A DNA stretch of 62,092 nucleotides, the filler included. It is 3 parts of 3 records of this genome, joined end to end, with 100 filler letters (N's around TTAATTAATTAA, not from the genome) between each part and the next. Parts side by side here need not be neighbours in the genome. Positions count along the whole stretch, not along the records: positions 15,394 to 42,796 come from SRR20825010_3288; positions 42,897 to 62,092 come from SRR20825010_3296; 1 more part is not named here. One strand, written 5' to 3'. The notes below the pieces were generated by a model. The model was not told the DNA's origin and did not search any database. It saw only the letters and a list, made by a program, of their open reading frames with translations. This document shows, in pieces, positions 39,484 to 49,611 of this stretch. The stretch's first letter is position 1. Each line of letters starts with the position of its first letter. The position numbers and the translations under genes are program-made.

Positions 39484-41439
39484 GTGAACCGCGGATGGAA
39501 AGCCATTTCAATGAACGCCGATTGCATGAACCAAGCTGACCGCCCCCGCCCAGTCCTTTGGCCGATGACAAACGCACGCACTCGTTTCGCTTACTCACTC
39601 GCGTTGGCTTCGGCCGTGTTGGTGATCTCGGTCGCCCCGAAATCGTCCTTTGCTCAATCATCGACGGACGACGAAGTCACAACGCTCGCGTCACGCCAAT
39701 CCAGCGTTGCAACCCGCTACGAGCGTCTCGAAGAACTGTTGCTTCGATTGGCTGACATGGAAGCCAGCGAAAACCCGGAACGCTCAGCCCTGCTGCGACG
39801 CGTCGCCAAACAATCTCGCGAACGATTCGTGCTGGAAAAACTTCGCGGTGCCGGCAAGATGATCGGCGACGGCCAACTATCCAAAGCGATGACGGATCAG
39901 AAGTCGGCGACAGAAGAACTGCAGTCGATTCTGAAACTGTTGATGAGCGAAGACCGAAGCTCCCGAATTCGCGATGAGAAGAAACGCATTTCGGAACTCA
40001 TCAAACAACTTCGATTGACCGAGCGCAACGAACGTAGCGTCCGGGCTCGAACCGAAAACGGTGTCGAGATGAGCGAAGTCGAAAAGGAGCAGAAGGCGAT
40101 CGCCGAACGGGCTGAAGAACTTCGCAAAGAACTCGAGGAAGAATCCGACGACGCCAGCGGCGAACCATCCGAAAGCGAATCGTCAAAGAGCGAAGCACAA
40201 GAATCTAAGAACGAAAATTCCGAAAACCAATCTGGCAACAAAGGCGAGATGGAAGCGGGACGAGAGTCCGGCGAACAGAAACCTGGCGAAGAAAGCAGCG
40301 AGCAAAACGAGAACGGACAGCCGCAGGAAAACGAGCAGCCCAAAGAAAGCGGACAACAAGACGAGAACTCGCAACAGCAACCTGAAGGCGATGAGCCCAA
40401 AGAAGCTTCCGAAAATGGCGAGCAACCAGATGGTGAACCCGCCGAAGAAAAAACGGGCGAAGAGCAAGAAGAGCAAGGTGAACAGTCACCTGCCGGGGAA
40501 CAGCAATCCGAAGAAGGGCAGCAACAATCGGGCGAACAAAAGTCTGGAGAGAAGCAGTCCGGCGAACAGCAGTCGTCTTCGCAACAGCAACCACCCAAAC
40601 CGCAATCGCCTCAAGAACAGGCGAAGGAGCAGCTCGAACGCGCGATCGAGCGGATGAAAGAAGCTCAGGACAAACTCGCTCAGAACGAACGAAAAGAAGC
40701 CACCGAACAACAACGACAAGCCGAAGAAGAGTTGCGTCGCGCGATCGATCGATTGGAAAAGATCCTTCGACAACTTCGCGAAGAAGAGATGGAACGTGAA
40801 CTGGCAAAACTCGAGGCACGTTTGCGCAAAATGGCGGCGATGCAATCAGCCGTGTTGGACCAAACCGTTCAACTGGCAAAAACACCCGAAGTCCAACGCA
40901 ATCGTGCCACGGATTTGAAGGCCGGTGATTTGGCGTTCGAAGAGCAGAAGATCACGTTGGAAGCGGACCGCGCGATGCTGCTTTTGCGAGAAGAAGGCTC
41001 AAGTGTCGCGTTCCCAGAAGTCGTCTCACAATTGCGTGACGACACCGTTCGGGTCTCGACCCGGTTGGGACAAAGCAAAATCGACTTGGTCACTCAGGGT
41101 CTGCAATCCGACATCTTGGCTGGGTTGGAGGAAATGATTGCGGCATTAGCCAAAGCACAACGTGACCTGGAAAAAAAGAAACAACAGGAACAACAGGGCG
41201 ACGGTGGGGGGCAACCGTCGGGTTCTGGAGAAGAACCCCTTGTCCAGAAATTGGCCGAGTTAAAATTGATCCGCACGATGCAAACTCGCATCCAGGGCTC
41301 CACGGATCGCTATGCTAGTTTGATGGATGGCAAGGAGACTTCTGCCGAAGACGTCTTGCCATTGCTCCGCGATTTGTCGCAAAGACAAGATCGGCTTTAT
41401 CAAATCACCCGTGATTTGGTGACCGAGCGGAACAAATAG
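39484..41439 (+). CDS. Secreted coiled-coil protein with E/Q/S-rich low-complexity linker (start probably 39511-39565)
   Basis: Signal-like segment ending SSFA; heptad helices flanking GEQ[QK]S repeats. Confidence 0.75.
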   Translation: MNRGWKAISMNADCMNQADRPRPVLWPMTNARTRFAYSLALASAVLVISVAPKSSFAQSSTDDEVTTLASRQSSVATRYERLEELLLRLADMEASENPERSALLRRVAKQSRERFVLEKLRGAGKMIGDGQLSKAMTDQKSATEELQSILKLLMSEDRSSRIRDEKKRISELIKQLRLTERNERSVRARTENGVEMSEVEKEQKAIAERAEELRKELEEESDDASGEPSESESSKSEAQESKNENSENQSGNKGEMEAGRESGEQKPGEESSEQNENGQPQENEQPKESGQQDENSQQQPEGDEPKEASENGEQPDGEPAEEKTGEEQEEQGEQSPAGEQQSEEGQQQSGEQKSGEKQSGEQQSSSQQQPPKPQSPQEQAKEQLERAIERMKEAQDKLAQNERKEATEQQRQAEEELRRAIDRLEKILRQLREEEMERELAKLEARLRKMAAMQSAVLDQTVQLAKTPEVQRNRATDLKAGDLAFEEQKITLEADRAMLLLREEGSSVAFPEVVSQLRDDTVRVSTRLGQSKIDLVTQGLQSDILAGLEEMIAALAKAQRDLEKKKQQEQQGDGGGQPSGSGEEPLVQKLAELKLIRTMQTRIQGSTDRYASLMDGKETSAEDVLPLLRDLSQRQDRLYQITRDLVTERNK

Positions 41440-41458
41440 GGAACCACCTCCCGCGACC

Positions 41459-42694
41459 TTGAATGGATCATTGCTGATGAGAATTCGTTTCGCTGCTGCG
41501 CTCTGGACTCTGTTGCCGGCCTCCTTTTTGGCGTCTCCCGCCATGGCCGAAATCGGACCCGCGTCGGAACTCGCCATTGTCTCGGCCGCTTCGAAAGCAT
41601 CGTTCTCATCCAATTCGGCTTCTCGACCATCACGTTCTGATCTGGTCCAAATCATTCCGGAATCAGAAGCCCAACCTTTGGAATCCGGCCAAGCAAATGA
41701 CGGCTTGAAAAGCAACGCGGATTGGCCGCTGCGAGACTCGGATGAAATGGCAGAACAGCTTCGCGCGGCACTGGATGCGTTGGGCGTCGCTCCCGACTTG
41801 ATGGACCAAGCAACCGAAAGCTTTCTGATCGGAGTCCAACGTGACGACATGGAACCGCTCAACGCATGGGTTGATGCCGCGTCGGCACAGTTCGACGTGT
41901 TGTCCGAACTGATGCGTCGCCTGAATGGCGATTTGTTGTCCACTGCTCGCGGCATGGATCCCAACGGTCCGGATTACGCGATCGTTGAATCAATGCCAAA
42001 CGAATTGCGAGCCGCCCTTCGAACTTGGATCGGCCGCGAATTGGTGCGTGCTCGTTACTACGACGAAGCCCTGCCGATTTTCGCCGAAGTCGATCCGATG
42101 GTGTGCCCCGATCCCGCGACGCTGTTGTTCTATCGCGGTGCGTGCTACCACGCGCAGTTGAAGATCAAAGATTCACTGTCGGATTTGCGTCGCCTGTTGC
42201 AACGCAAAGACGAGATTCCTTCACGTTACGCTCGTACCGCTGAGATGATGGTCGCGGATATCAAACCACTCAAGAAAGATTCGCTGGACGAGATCTCTCG
42301 ATTGATGAGCGATGTCACCCGTCGCTTGGATTTGGGACGTGCTGACGAAGCGACCAAGGATCGCGAGCAAGAGGTGATCGACAAGCTCACCAAGCTGATC
42401 GACAAGATCGAAGAAGAGCAGCAGAAACAGCAACAACAGCAGCAGCAACAACAAAGCGCCAGTGGAAACGGTGGCCAAAGCGATGGGCAAGCGTCACCCA
42501 TGGATGACAGCCGAATCGCAGGTGCCAATGGCCAAGGCGATGCGGATCGCAAAAAGATGGACGACCAAAACGGCTGGGGCAATCTGCCTCCCGCGGAACG
42601 TCAGGAATCACTGCAACAGATCAGCCGCGATTTGCCGACGCATTACCGGGAAGCCATCGAAGCTTACTTCCGCAAACTTGCCACGCAAAAGTAA
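41459..42694 (+). CDS. Secreted TPR-like protein with poly-Q linker
   Basis: Signal peptide ...SPAMA; TPR-like LLFYRGACYHA; Q-run; WGNLPPAER...YREAIEAYFRKLA tail. Confidence 0.75.
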   Translation: MNGSLLMRIRFAAALWTLLPASFLASPAMAEIGPASELAIVSAASKASFSSNSASRPSRSDLVQIIPESEAQPLESGQANDGLKSNADWPLRDSDEMAEQLRAALDALGVAPDLMDQATESFLIGVQRDDMEPLNAWVDAASAQFDVLSELMRRLNGDLLSTARGMDPNGPDYAIVESMPNELRAALRTWIGRELVRARYYDEALPIFAEVDPMVCPDPATLLFYRGACYHAQLKIKDSLSDLRRLLQRKDEIPSRYARTAEMMVADIKPLKKDSLDEISRLMSDVTRRLDLGRADEATKDREQEVIDKLTKLIDKIEEEQQKQQQQQQQQQSASGNGGQSDGQASPMDDSRIAGANGQGDADRKKMDDQNGWGNLPPAERQESLQQISRDLPTHYREAIEAYFRKLATQK

Positions 42695-42796
42695 GCCTCG
42701 CCGACAATCCGGTGTCTTGCGACAAAGCACGCAAACCAAGTCCCACATGCCTTAGCATGCATTCGACGTAGGCCATGTTCCACATGGCATCCCAAC

Positions 42797-42896
42797 NNNN
42801 NNNNNNNNNNNNNNNNNNNNNNNNNNNNNNNNNNNNNNNNTTAATTAATTAANNNNNNNNNNNNNNNNNNNNNNNNNNNNNNNNNNNNNNNNNNNN
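42797..42896. other. Artificial contig linker
   Basis: 44 N + TTAATTAATTAA + 44 N. Confidence 0.98.
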
Positions 42897-43827
42897 CGCC
42901 CAGGCTTTTAAGCAGAACACGGGGCTCCATACCAGCACCCTGTAAAACTTCAGGGTGCGTCAGCAGAACCGGCATCAGCACATCCCTCGCGGCCTTCGCG
43001 GATTCTTTGTAAGCAATGCCCACCGGGATATTCAGGCGGGTGACCCCTTCTGCGCTGTAATTGATGATGTCGGATGACGCCACACTGTCGTTTGGAATCA
43101 TCGCGAAGATATTATCCCGGGTGCGCAGCCAGGTGGTGCGCAAGGCAATCTTGACCACTTTGCCGTCTTGCCCGTTGATGGTCACCCAATCACCAATGCG
43201 GAACGGCCTCTCAATCAGCAGGGTGATACCGGCAATGAAATTGGAGAGGGTTGATTGCGCCGCAAAGCCAACGGCGATACCGACGATCCCCAACCCCGCC
43301 ACAATCGAAACCACATCGAAACCGAACTGGGCGAGCACCGTCACCACAGCCAGCGCTGAGACGACCACCGAAAACAGGTTCTCGACCAGCTGGCGGATCG
43401 AAGGATCCATTTTGTAGCGCACCATGCTGTCCTTGATCAGGCGCGCCAGAACCAGCCAGGCCACATAGAAACCGAGGGCCATAAAGCCCGCCCTCGCCAT
43501 CGCCTTGAGAACCTCAGGAGACGTCCCGAACTGTGCAAGAATGAAGACCAGCGCCCCTAACCCGGCCAGATAGCGCAGAGTGCTTCGCACCTGGAGGAAC
43601 AGAGGTGTTTTGGCCCGCTGCTTACCCAAGACCAGCCGGATCGCACCGGTCACCACCAGATAGATCCCGAAAAACACCCCAAGATAGATTACAGAGACCA
43701 ACAACTGGCCAAGCATCTGTACGACAAGCGCGCCCCAGTCCAAATCCTCACCTGATACGGCCAGGAAGGCATCGCCAATATTTCGCTGGAGCTGTTCAAC
43801 CAGCTCGGTACCAAAGGATTCAGCCAT
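42897..43827 (-). CDS. MscS-family mechanosensitive channel, 3'-truncated by contig start
   Basis: GIAVGFAAQSTLSNFIAG, RPFRIGDWV, IPND..ASSDIINYS. Confidence 0.92.
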
Positions 43828-44048
43828 CAGGTGTCTGCTCTTCTTTTGTTGTGGGGGTGGGCGTCACTTTATCGGATCTCTTGCTCATAATGATATGTAG
43901 GTTAACGTCAGCCTGTTTACCAATCATCAGCCATTGATCCTATCCGAAATGGTGGACCAACAGGTTCCTGGCTTCAGCCAACCGGTGGGCACGGATGTTT
44001 TCGACAGTCCAGGTTGACACAGTCCGAGGTTGGCTCAAGGATGGTTGT

Positions 44049-46040
44049 ATGGCCAGACAAAAAAAAGAAACCGAAAACCAGAACAGCCGCGCGCCAACGG
44101 AACTTGTAAATGCATTTGACGATGCCGTTAGCCGCCTTGCTGCAATCAACGCGATCGAGGGCGTTTCGCCCGTATTCGAAGTAATTGATGCGGCAAGGCC
44201 CCTGGTGCTCAGCCCCGAAGGGCTGGACGCAATCTACGAACGCGTTCCGGCCATTGAATCCGCCGGGTTCTTTGGTGGCAGCGATTGGGACTACCCCCAG
44301 ACACTGGTGCCTTCCCTGGCTGCGCGTACGGTCCGCCACGGGGAGCCCACCGCAACACTGGTCGAATGCCTGAGCCAGATTCGCCTGTTGGCGGTCACCA
44401 AAGGCGACTACGTCCACGCTTCTATCTCGGCGGAACATGCCCATAATTTCCTCGCCCAGGTGATGGCGATGAACCTGGACCTGGTGGTCAGTGATGACCT
44501 GCAGGAGAGCGACCGGCTGCGGCCCGATCAGCTCGGCCATGCCGTGCAGAACCTGTATCACTACCTGCTCCAGCATCTGGGATACGATAACCTGCTGGAG
44601 CACCTGGTGGCCGAAGTCTGGCGGATTCTGGAGCAGCGCCCGGTGCAGGTTGAGGGCGTCAAACACATGGTGACCCAGATTGCTGTCTGCCTGGAAAAAC
44701 CCGATGCCCTGGGCGGAGAAGTCGGCGACGACGCCCTGCAACTGATCAACGCCGTATTCAGCCCCACTGAAGGTTGCCGTGAAGACCCCGGTTTTGAAGT
44801 CTATTCCGAACGACTGGCGGACATGGACGATGCCGCCCTGATGCAGGAAGCCATCGCCTTTGCCCAGGCCATGCACAACACCGGCCTGGTGTCGGCCTAC
44901 ATGCCGGTGTTCATACGCTACCTGCGCGGGCGCTGGAACGCCCTGATCCCCACAGCCCTCGGGTTGAGCTACACCGGTGCCGATGCATTCCACTGCTACC
45001 CTGCACTGATTCACCGCCTGATCGACGACGCCGTGTTTCCGGAAACCAGTCAATGCACTTACGGCCTGGCCATGATGCTGGAGCGGGGCATTCTTTACTC
45101 GCCACCGGTAGCGCCATCCCTGTGGCGCCAGATACGCATGACGCTTTGTGACGCCGCAGCCGAGAAGATCGCGACGGTCTTCGGCAGCAGCCACTCCCCC
45201 GAATGTTTTTTGCTTGCCGACGTACTCAACGTGCTAGGGCGGCCACTGGGCGTGGGCCAGGGCAACTACCCGACCTGCCAGTCCACCCGCGCCCTGTCCA
45301 TGTGGGCGTACAACATGCCGGCAGAACTGCTGCGCATCCTTGCCTGGGCAGCGCGGGACGATGAGATCGTTATGCGCTTCGAAGGCAACAGCATTTCTTC
45401 AAAGGAGCTTGGCGCCGGACTGGCAACCGAACCGCCCGTGGATGTCGATGCCGTATCCCTGCTGACCGTGCCGCATCTGGACCGTATCTATTTTGAAATG
45501 GGGCGGCGCAGTATTGGCCGCGGAGAGGATCCCCATAAATGGGTTAATGCAGAGTTTCACGGCGACCACGTCGGCCACGGATTTCGCATCGCCGTGGACG
45601 TTTTCACCGGCGGCCTGAAAGACTTCGAAGGGTTTGTCCGGGATTTCTACGCCGCCTATCACCCGTTCTATAACGGCAACATTCCCGTGATCAATCCACA
45701 GCCGGCCGGTATCGCGGTGACCGACAGCGCCACGCGCTTTCTCGGCTGGCACGCCATCACCATCCAACGGCTCGCCATGGACCCCGACAAGACCATGCGC
45801 GTCTACTTTTTCAACCCCAACAACGACAGCGGCCAGAACTGGGGCCAGGGCGTCATCACCTCCACCCATGGCCACGGTGAACTCTTCGGCGAAGCCTCCT
45901 TACCGGTAGCCGAGTTCGTCTCCCGACTGTACGTGTTCCACTATGACCCGATAGAAAAAGGCGAGCCGGGCGACATCCCTGCCGATGAAGTCAACCGGGC
46001 CATGGACCTGGCCCGGGGCAGTTGGGCTTCGGGGCGGTAG
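44049..46040 (+). CDS. Conserved-looking hypothetical; C-terminal putative papain-fold cysteine peptidase
   Basis: 663-aa ORF; GQGNYPTCQS, GWHAITI and YFFNPNN in Cys-His-Asn order. Confidence 0.75.
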   Translation: MARQKKETENQNSRAPTELVNAFDDAVSRLAAINAIEGVSPVFEVIDAARPLVLSPEGLDAIYERVPAIESAGFFGGSDWDYPQTLVPSLAARTVRHGEPTATLVECLSQIRLLAVTKGDYVHASISAEHAHNFLAQVMAMNLDLVVSDDLQESDRLRPDQLGHAVQNLYHYLLQHLGYDNLLEHLVAEVWRILEQRPVQVEGVKHMVTQIAVCLEKPDALGGEVGDDALQLINAVFSPTEGCREDPGFEVYSERLADMDDAALMQEAIAFAQAMHNTGLVSAYMPVFIRYLRGRWNALIPTALGLSYTGADAFHCYPALIHRLIDDAVFPETSQCTYGLAMMLERGILYSPPVAPSLWRQIRMTLCDAAAEKIATVFGSSHSPECFLLADVLNVLGRPLGVGQGNYPTCQSTRALSMWAYNMPAELLRILAWAARDDEIVMRFEGNSISSKELGAGLATEPPVDVDAVSLLTVPHLDRIYFEMGRRSIGRGEDPHKWVNAEFHGDHVGHGFRIAVDVFTGGLKDFEGFVRDFYAAYHPFYNGNIPVINPQPAGIAVTDSATRFLGWHAITIQRLAMDPDKTMRVYFFNPNNDSGQNWGQGVITSTHGHGELFGEASLPVAEFVSRLYVFHYDPIEKGEPGDIPADEVNRAMDLARGSWASGR

Positions 46041-46246
46041 ACAACGCAATGTACTGACCTTTCAAGAACCGCATCAGGCGCCAGCCTACGCTTTCCCAAG
46101 GCTCTGGACCACGCTCTCCAACGCCGGCCAGGTTCGCAATCTGGTAACAGTCCGCAAGTAAATCGTCCTCTCTCGAATCACATACGGCCCAAAAAGCTCG
46201 GCCGTCTCGTGCGACCCTGTTTGAAACTTGATAAGCGGAATCGGCA

Positions 46247-47119
46247 ATGTTTCAAAAGCAAAGACTCACCCATCAGTCACGGGCTGTCATCACAGGCTCT
46301 GGAAGCGGCATCGGCAAAGCCCTCGCATTGGAGCTGGCCCGTCGCAAGGGGCTCATCGTCTGTTCGGACATCAGCCTGCAAGCGGCTGAGCAGACCGCCC
46401 GGGAGGTTCGGGCAGAAGGCGGCGAGGCCTGGGCTGTCGCCTGCGACGTTAGCGATCTGGCGCAGGTTGAGGCACTGGCCCAGCAAGCTCAGGAGCTACT
46501 GCCGCAACCCCTGAACCTGGTGATCAACAACGCCGGCATCGGTATCGGCGGCCAGAAGATCGGCGACGTCCCAATCGCGGATTGGGCCTGGACCATCAAC
46601 ATCAACCTGTGGGGCGTTATCCACGGCTGCCACGTGTTCACGCCGCTTTTGAAGGGCCAGACAGCCGCCGGCATTATCAATGTTGCCTCCACAGCGGCCT
46701 TCTCCGCGGCACCGTTGATGGGGCCCTACAACGCCACCAAAGCGGCCGCCCTGGCGGTTTCGGAAACATTGGCCGCGGAGCTCTCCGAAACCAACGTTCA
46801 GGTCACCGCGCTCTGCCCCACCCTGGTGAAAACCAACATTGCCGCCAATGGCCGGATCACTGGCGATTCCGGTGCCCTGTTCAACCGGTTGATGGACCGT
46901 TTCGGAATGTCAGCCGAACAGGTGGCCAGAATCACCCTCAATGGCCTGGACCGGGGCCAGCTGTATGTGATGCCGCAACTGGACGCAAAACTGATCTGGC
47001 GCCTGAAACGACTGCTGCCAAGCGGCTACGCCGTCGGCACAGGCTTGCTGAACCGTTTTGTCAGTAAGACCGGGAGCGTAACCGAAGAAGAGACAGCGAG
47101 AGCTAGACTCCATGGCTAA
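46247..47119 (+). CDS. Short-chain dehydrogenase/reductase
   Basis: TGSGSGIG, NNAGI, NVASTA, YNATK. Confidence 0.93.
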   Translation: MFQKQRLTHQSRAVITGSGSGIGKALALELARRKGLIVCSDISLQAAEQTAREVRAEGGEAWAVACDVSDLAQVEALAQQAQELLPQPLNLVINNAGIGIGGQKIGDVPIADWAWTININLWGVIHGCHVFTPLLKGQTAAGIINVASTAAFSAAPLMGPYNATKAAALAVSETLAAELSETNVQVTALCPTLVKTNIAANGRITGDSGALFNRLMDRFGMSAEQVARITLNGLDRGQLYVMPQLDAKLIWRLKRLLPSGYAVGTGLLNRFVSKTGSVTEEETARARLHG

Positions 47120-48038
47120 AATCGACCTGGACAAGATGTTGGAGAAGATCAAGAGCTCCCAGTGGTCACTGTCCGACGTGGATTGGGACGCACCGGGAGC
47201 CGAGCTGATAACCGCCGAACAGTGGCCCAAACTGAAAGCCTTCATGGCCGACCTGATGTGGATCGAACATGTAGGTGCCCGCGCTTTCGCAGCCATGGCC
47301 AAGAAAGCACCGGATGACACGCTGCGGGAAATCTACACCTATTTCCACGCCGAAGAACAGCGCCACGCCAACGCCGAAATGGCGCTGATGAAGCGCTGGG
47401 GCATGCTGGAAGAAAACGAGCTGCCCGAGCCCAACAACAACCTGCGTCTGGTGATCGAGTGGCTGGACCGCTTTGCCGACGACCAGCCCGTGTACGTGCT
47501 GGGCACCGTGGTCCCCATGCTGGAGATTGCGCTTGATGGTGCCCTCTGCAAGTTCCTGCTGGAAACCGTGGACGACCCCGTCTGCCATCAGGCCTTTGAG
47601 CTGATCAACAACGACGAGTCCCGGCACCTTGGCGTTGGCTTCACGGTGATGGAAATGCAAGGCCATGGAAAAACCTACAGGGAACTGGCGCGTATGGTGG
47701 CCCAGTTGATGGACCCCCGGCTGATCCTCGGTATCGCCTCCTACTTTCCGTTGCTGAACAAGATGCGCGACAACATCATCGAAATGGGCCTGCCGGAAGA
47801 GAAACTGTACGCAGCCATGCAGAAATTCGAAAAGATTGGTGGCCGCTCAGAAGACGGCCGGCGCAACCCCTGGTTCCAGATCATCAAATACCACGGGCGT
47901 TTCGTGGTGGATCGGGGTAACCGGTTCTACCACAAGCCGATCGACGCCTTGGTCAAAGTGACCGACGCCATCCCCCGGCGCGCCTTTCCCGCTGTACCCA
48001 GCTGGGTGCGCGAAATCACCTACCAGACGACGGCCTGA
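47112..48038 (+). CDS. Ferritin-like diiron-carboxylate protein
   Basis: WIEH...EEQRH...LEIALD...DESRH (E / ExxH / E / ExxH pattern). Confidence 0.8.
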   Translation: MAKIDLDKMLEKIKSSQWSLSDVDWDAPGAELITAEQWPKLKAFMADLMWIEHVGARAFAAMAKKAPDDTLREIYTYFHAEEQRHANAEMALMKRWGMLEENELPEPNNNLRLVIEWLDRFADDQPVYVLGTVVPMLEIALDGALCKFLLETVDDPVCHQAFELINNDESRHLGVGFTVMEMQGHGKTYRELARMVAQLMDPRLILGIASYFPLLNKMRDNIIEMGLPEEKLYAAMQKFEKIGGRSEDGRRNPWFQIIKYHGRFVVDRGNRFYHKPIDALVKVTDAIPRRAFPAVPSWVREITYQTTA

Positions 48039-48042
48039 CACC

Positions 48043-49521
48043 ATGACTGACGCACAGACGACGACTGTGGTTACCACCCTGATCATCGGGGCCGGTTTTG
48101 CCGGCCTCGGCACCGCCATTCGCCTGCAGCAGGAAGGCATCGATGACATGGTCATACTGGAACGGGACAAGCAGGTAGGTGGAACCTGGCGGGATAACCA
48201 ATACCCCGGTGCCGCCTGCGACATCCCCTCAAACCTGTATTCCTATTCGTTTGCGCCAAACCCGGATTGGTCCCGAAGCTTCTCCGGTGCTCGCGAGATC
48301 CTGGGCTACATCCACCATCTGGTGAACCAGTTTGACCTGGCCCGATACATTCGCTTTGGCACCAACGTCACCGGCCTGAACTGGGATCAGGATAGGGGCG
48401 TATGGGAGGCCACCACCGAGGGCGGAGAAACCTACTACGCAAAAACCGTGGTGATGGCCCAGGGACCGTTATCGAACCCGGGCTTTCCGAATATTGCAGG
48501 CATCGAAGACTTTCAGGGCAAAAAAATCCACAGCGCCCAGTGGGACCACAGCTACAACCTGGAAGGCAAGCGTGTCGGGGTAATCGGCACCGGTGCCAGC
48601 GCCATCCAGATCGTGCCAAGCATCGTGGGCAAGGTCGACAAGCTGACCGTGTTCCAGAGGACACCACCCTGGGTGATGCCACGGCCAGATTTCGAAACGC
48701 CGGACTGGCAGAAGCTGGCGTTTCGAAAACTGCCCCTGAGCCAGAACGCATTGCGCAAGGCGCTCTACCTCGCCCACGAATCCATGGCTCTTGGGGTGAT
48801 CTGGAACTCACCCCTCACTCGCCTGGCGGAGCGGCTGGGCAAGTGGCACCTGCGCAATCAAGTGAAGGATCGCTGGCTTCGCCGCCAGCTAACCCCAAAC
48901 TACCGCCTGGGCTGCAAGCGGGTATTGGTATCCAGCGACTATTACCCGGCCCTACAGCAACCCAATTGCAAGTTGATCACCTGGCCCATTGCCCGGATCG
49001 ATGAAAACGGAGTGCGCACGGTTGAGGGCATCGAGCACCAGTTCGACTGCCTGATTTTTGCCACCGGTTTCAACGTCAGCAACGCGGGCACACCGTTTCC
49101 GATAACCGGTGTGGATGGCCGGCAATTGAACGAAGAATGGAAACGGGGCGCATCGGCTTACAAAAGCATCAATGTTTCCGGCTACCCGAACCTTTTCCTG
49201 ACGTTCGGCCCCAACTCCGGCCCCGGGCATAACTCCGCTCTGGTGTATATGGAGTCGCAGATTAACTATATTGTTAAAGCCGTGCGCACCATCACCAGCC
49301 TTGACCTGAAAGGATTGGACGTGCGCCAGAGCGCACAGGAAAGTCACAATCGTGCGATACAAAAGCGCCTGTCACGAACCAACTGGAACTCCGGCTGCAA
49401 AAGCTGGTATCTCACCGAGGATGGGTTTAACGCGACGATGTATCCGGGATTTGCCACACAGTATGCGCTGCAAATGAAAGAGGTAGTTCTGAAAGACTAT
49501 CGGCTTCTGCCGCATAGCTGA
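48043..49521 (+). CDS. Flavin-containing monooxygenase (class B, Baeyer-Villiger-like)
   Basis: GAGFAG, GGTWRDNQYPGAACD, FQGKKIHSAQWD fingerprint, GTGASA, ATGF. Confidence 0.92.
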   Translation: MTDAQTTTVVTTLIIGAGFAGLGTAIRLQQEGIDDMVILERDKQVGGTWRDNQYPGAACDIPSNLYSYSFAPNPDWSRSFSGAREILGYIHHLVNQFDLARYIRFGTNVTGLNWDQDRGVWEATTEGGETYYAKTVVMAQGPLSNPGFPNIAGIEDFQGKKIHSAQWDHSYNLEGKRVGVIGTGASAIQIVPSIVGKVDKLTVFQRTPPWVMPRPDFETPDWQKLAFRKLPLSQNALRKALYLAHESMALGVIWNSPLTRLAERLGKWHLRNQVKDRWLRRQLTPNYRLGCKRVLVSSDYYPALQQPNCKLITWPIARIDENGVRTVEGIEHQFDCLIFATGFNVSNAGTPFPITGVDGRQLNEEWKRGASAYKSINVSGYPNLFLTFGPNSGPGHNSALVYMESQINYIVKAVRTITSLDLKGLDVRQSAQESHNRAIQKRLSRTNWNSGCKSWYLTEDGFNATMYPGFATQYALQMKEVVLKDYRLLPHS

Positions 49522-49593
49522 AGAGTCTTTCAAAATCTCCAACGCTTCGGGGCGCATTTTGCTGTGGGTATCTGCGATCACACCAATTTGCAT
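49522..49593 (-). pseudogene. 5' remnant of a YfcE-like metallophosphoesterase
   Basis: MQIGVIADTHSKMRPEALEILKDS (motif I, DxH) with RBS just after slyD; similarity ends at the monooxygenase stop. Confidence 0.65.
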
Positions 49594-49611
49594 CTACGCC
49601 CCCTTTTATCT

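Noticed and set aside
39897-40598. Cys-rich antisense ORF (CCSPDC repeats); similarly the poly-Cys ORF at 42226-42582
   Set aside because: Mirror translations of the E/Q-rich and poly-Q coding strands.
43974-45194. Long antisense ORFs (also 6025-7098, 15405-16475, 52892-54190)
   Set aside because: Shadows of well-supported genes on the opposite strand in GC-rich DNA.
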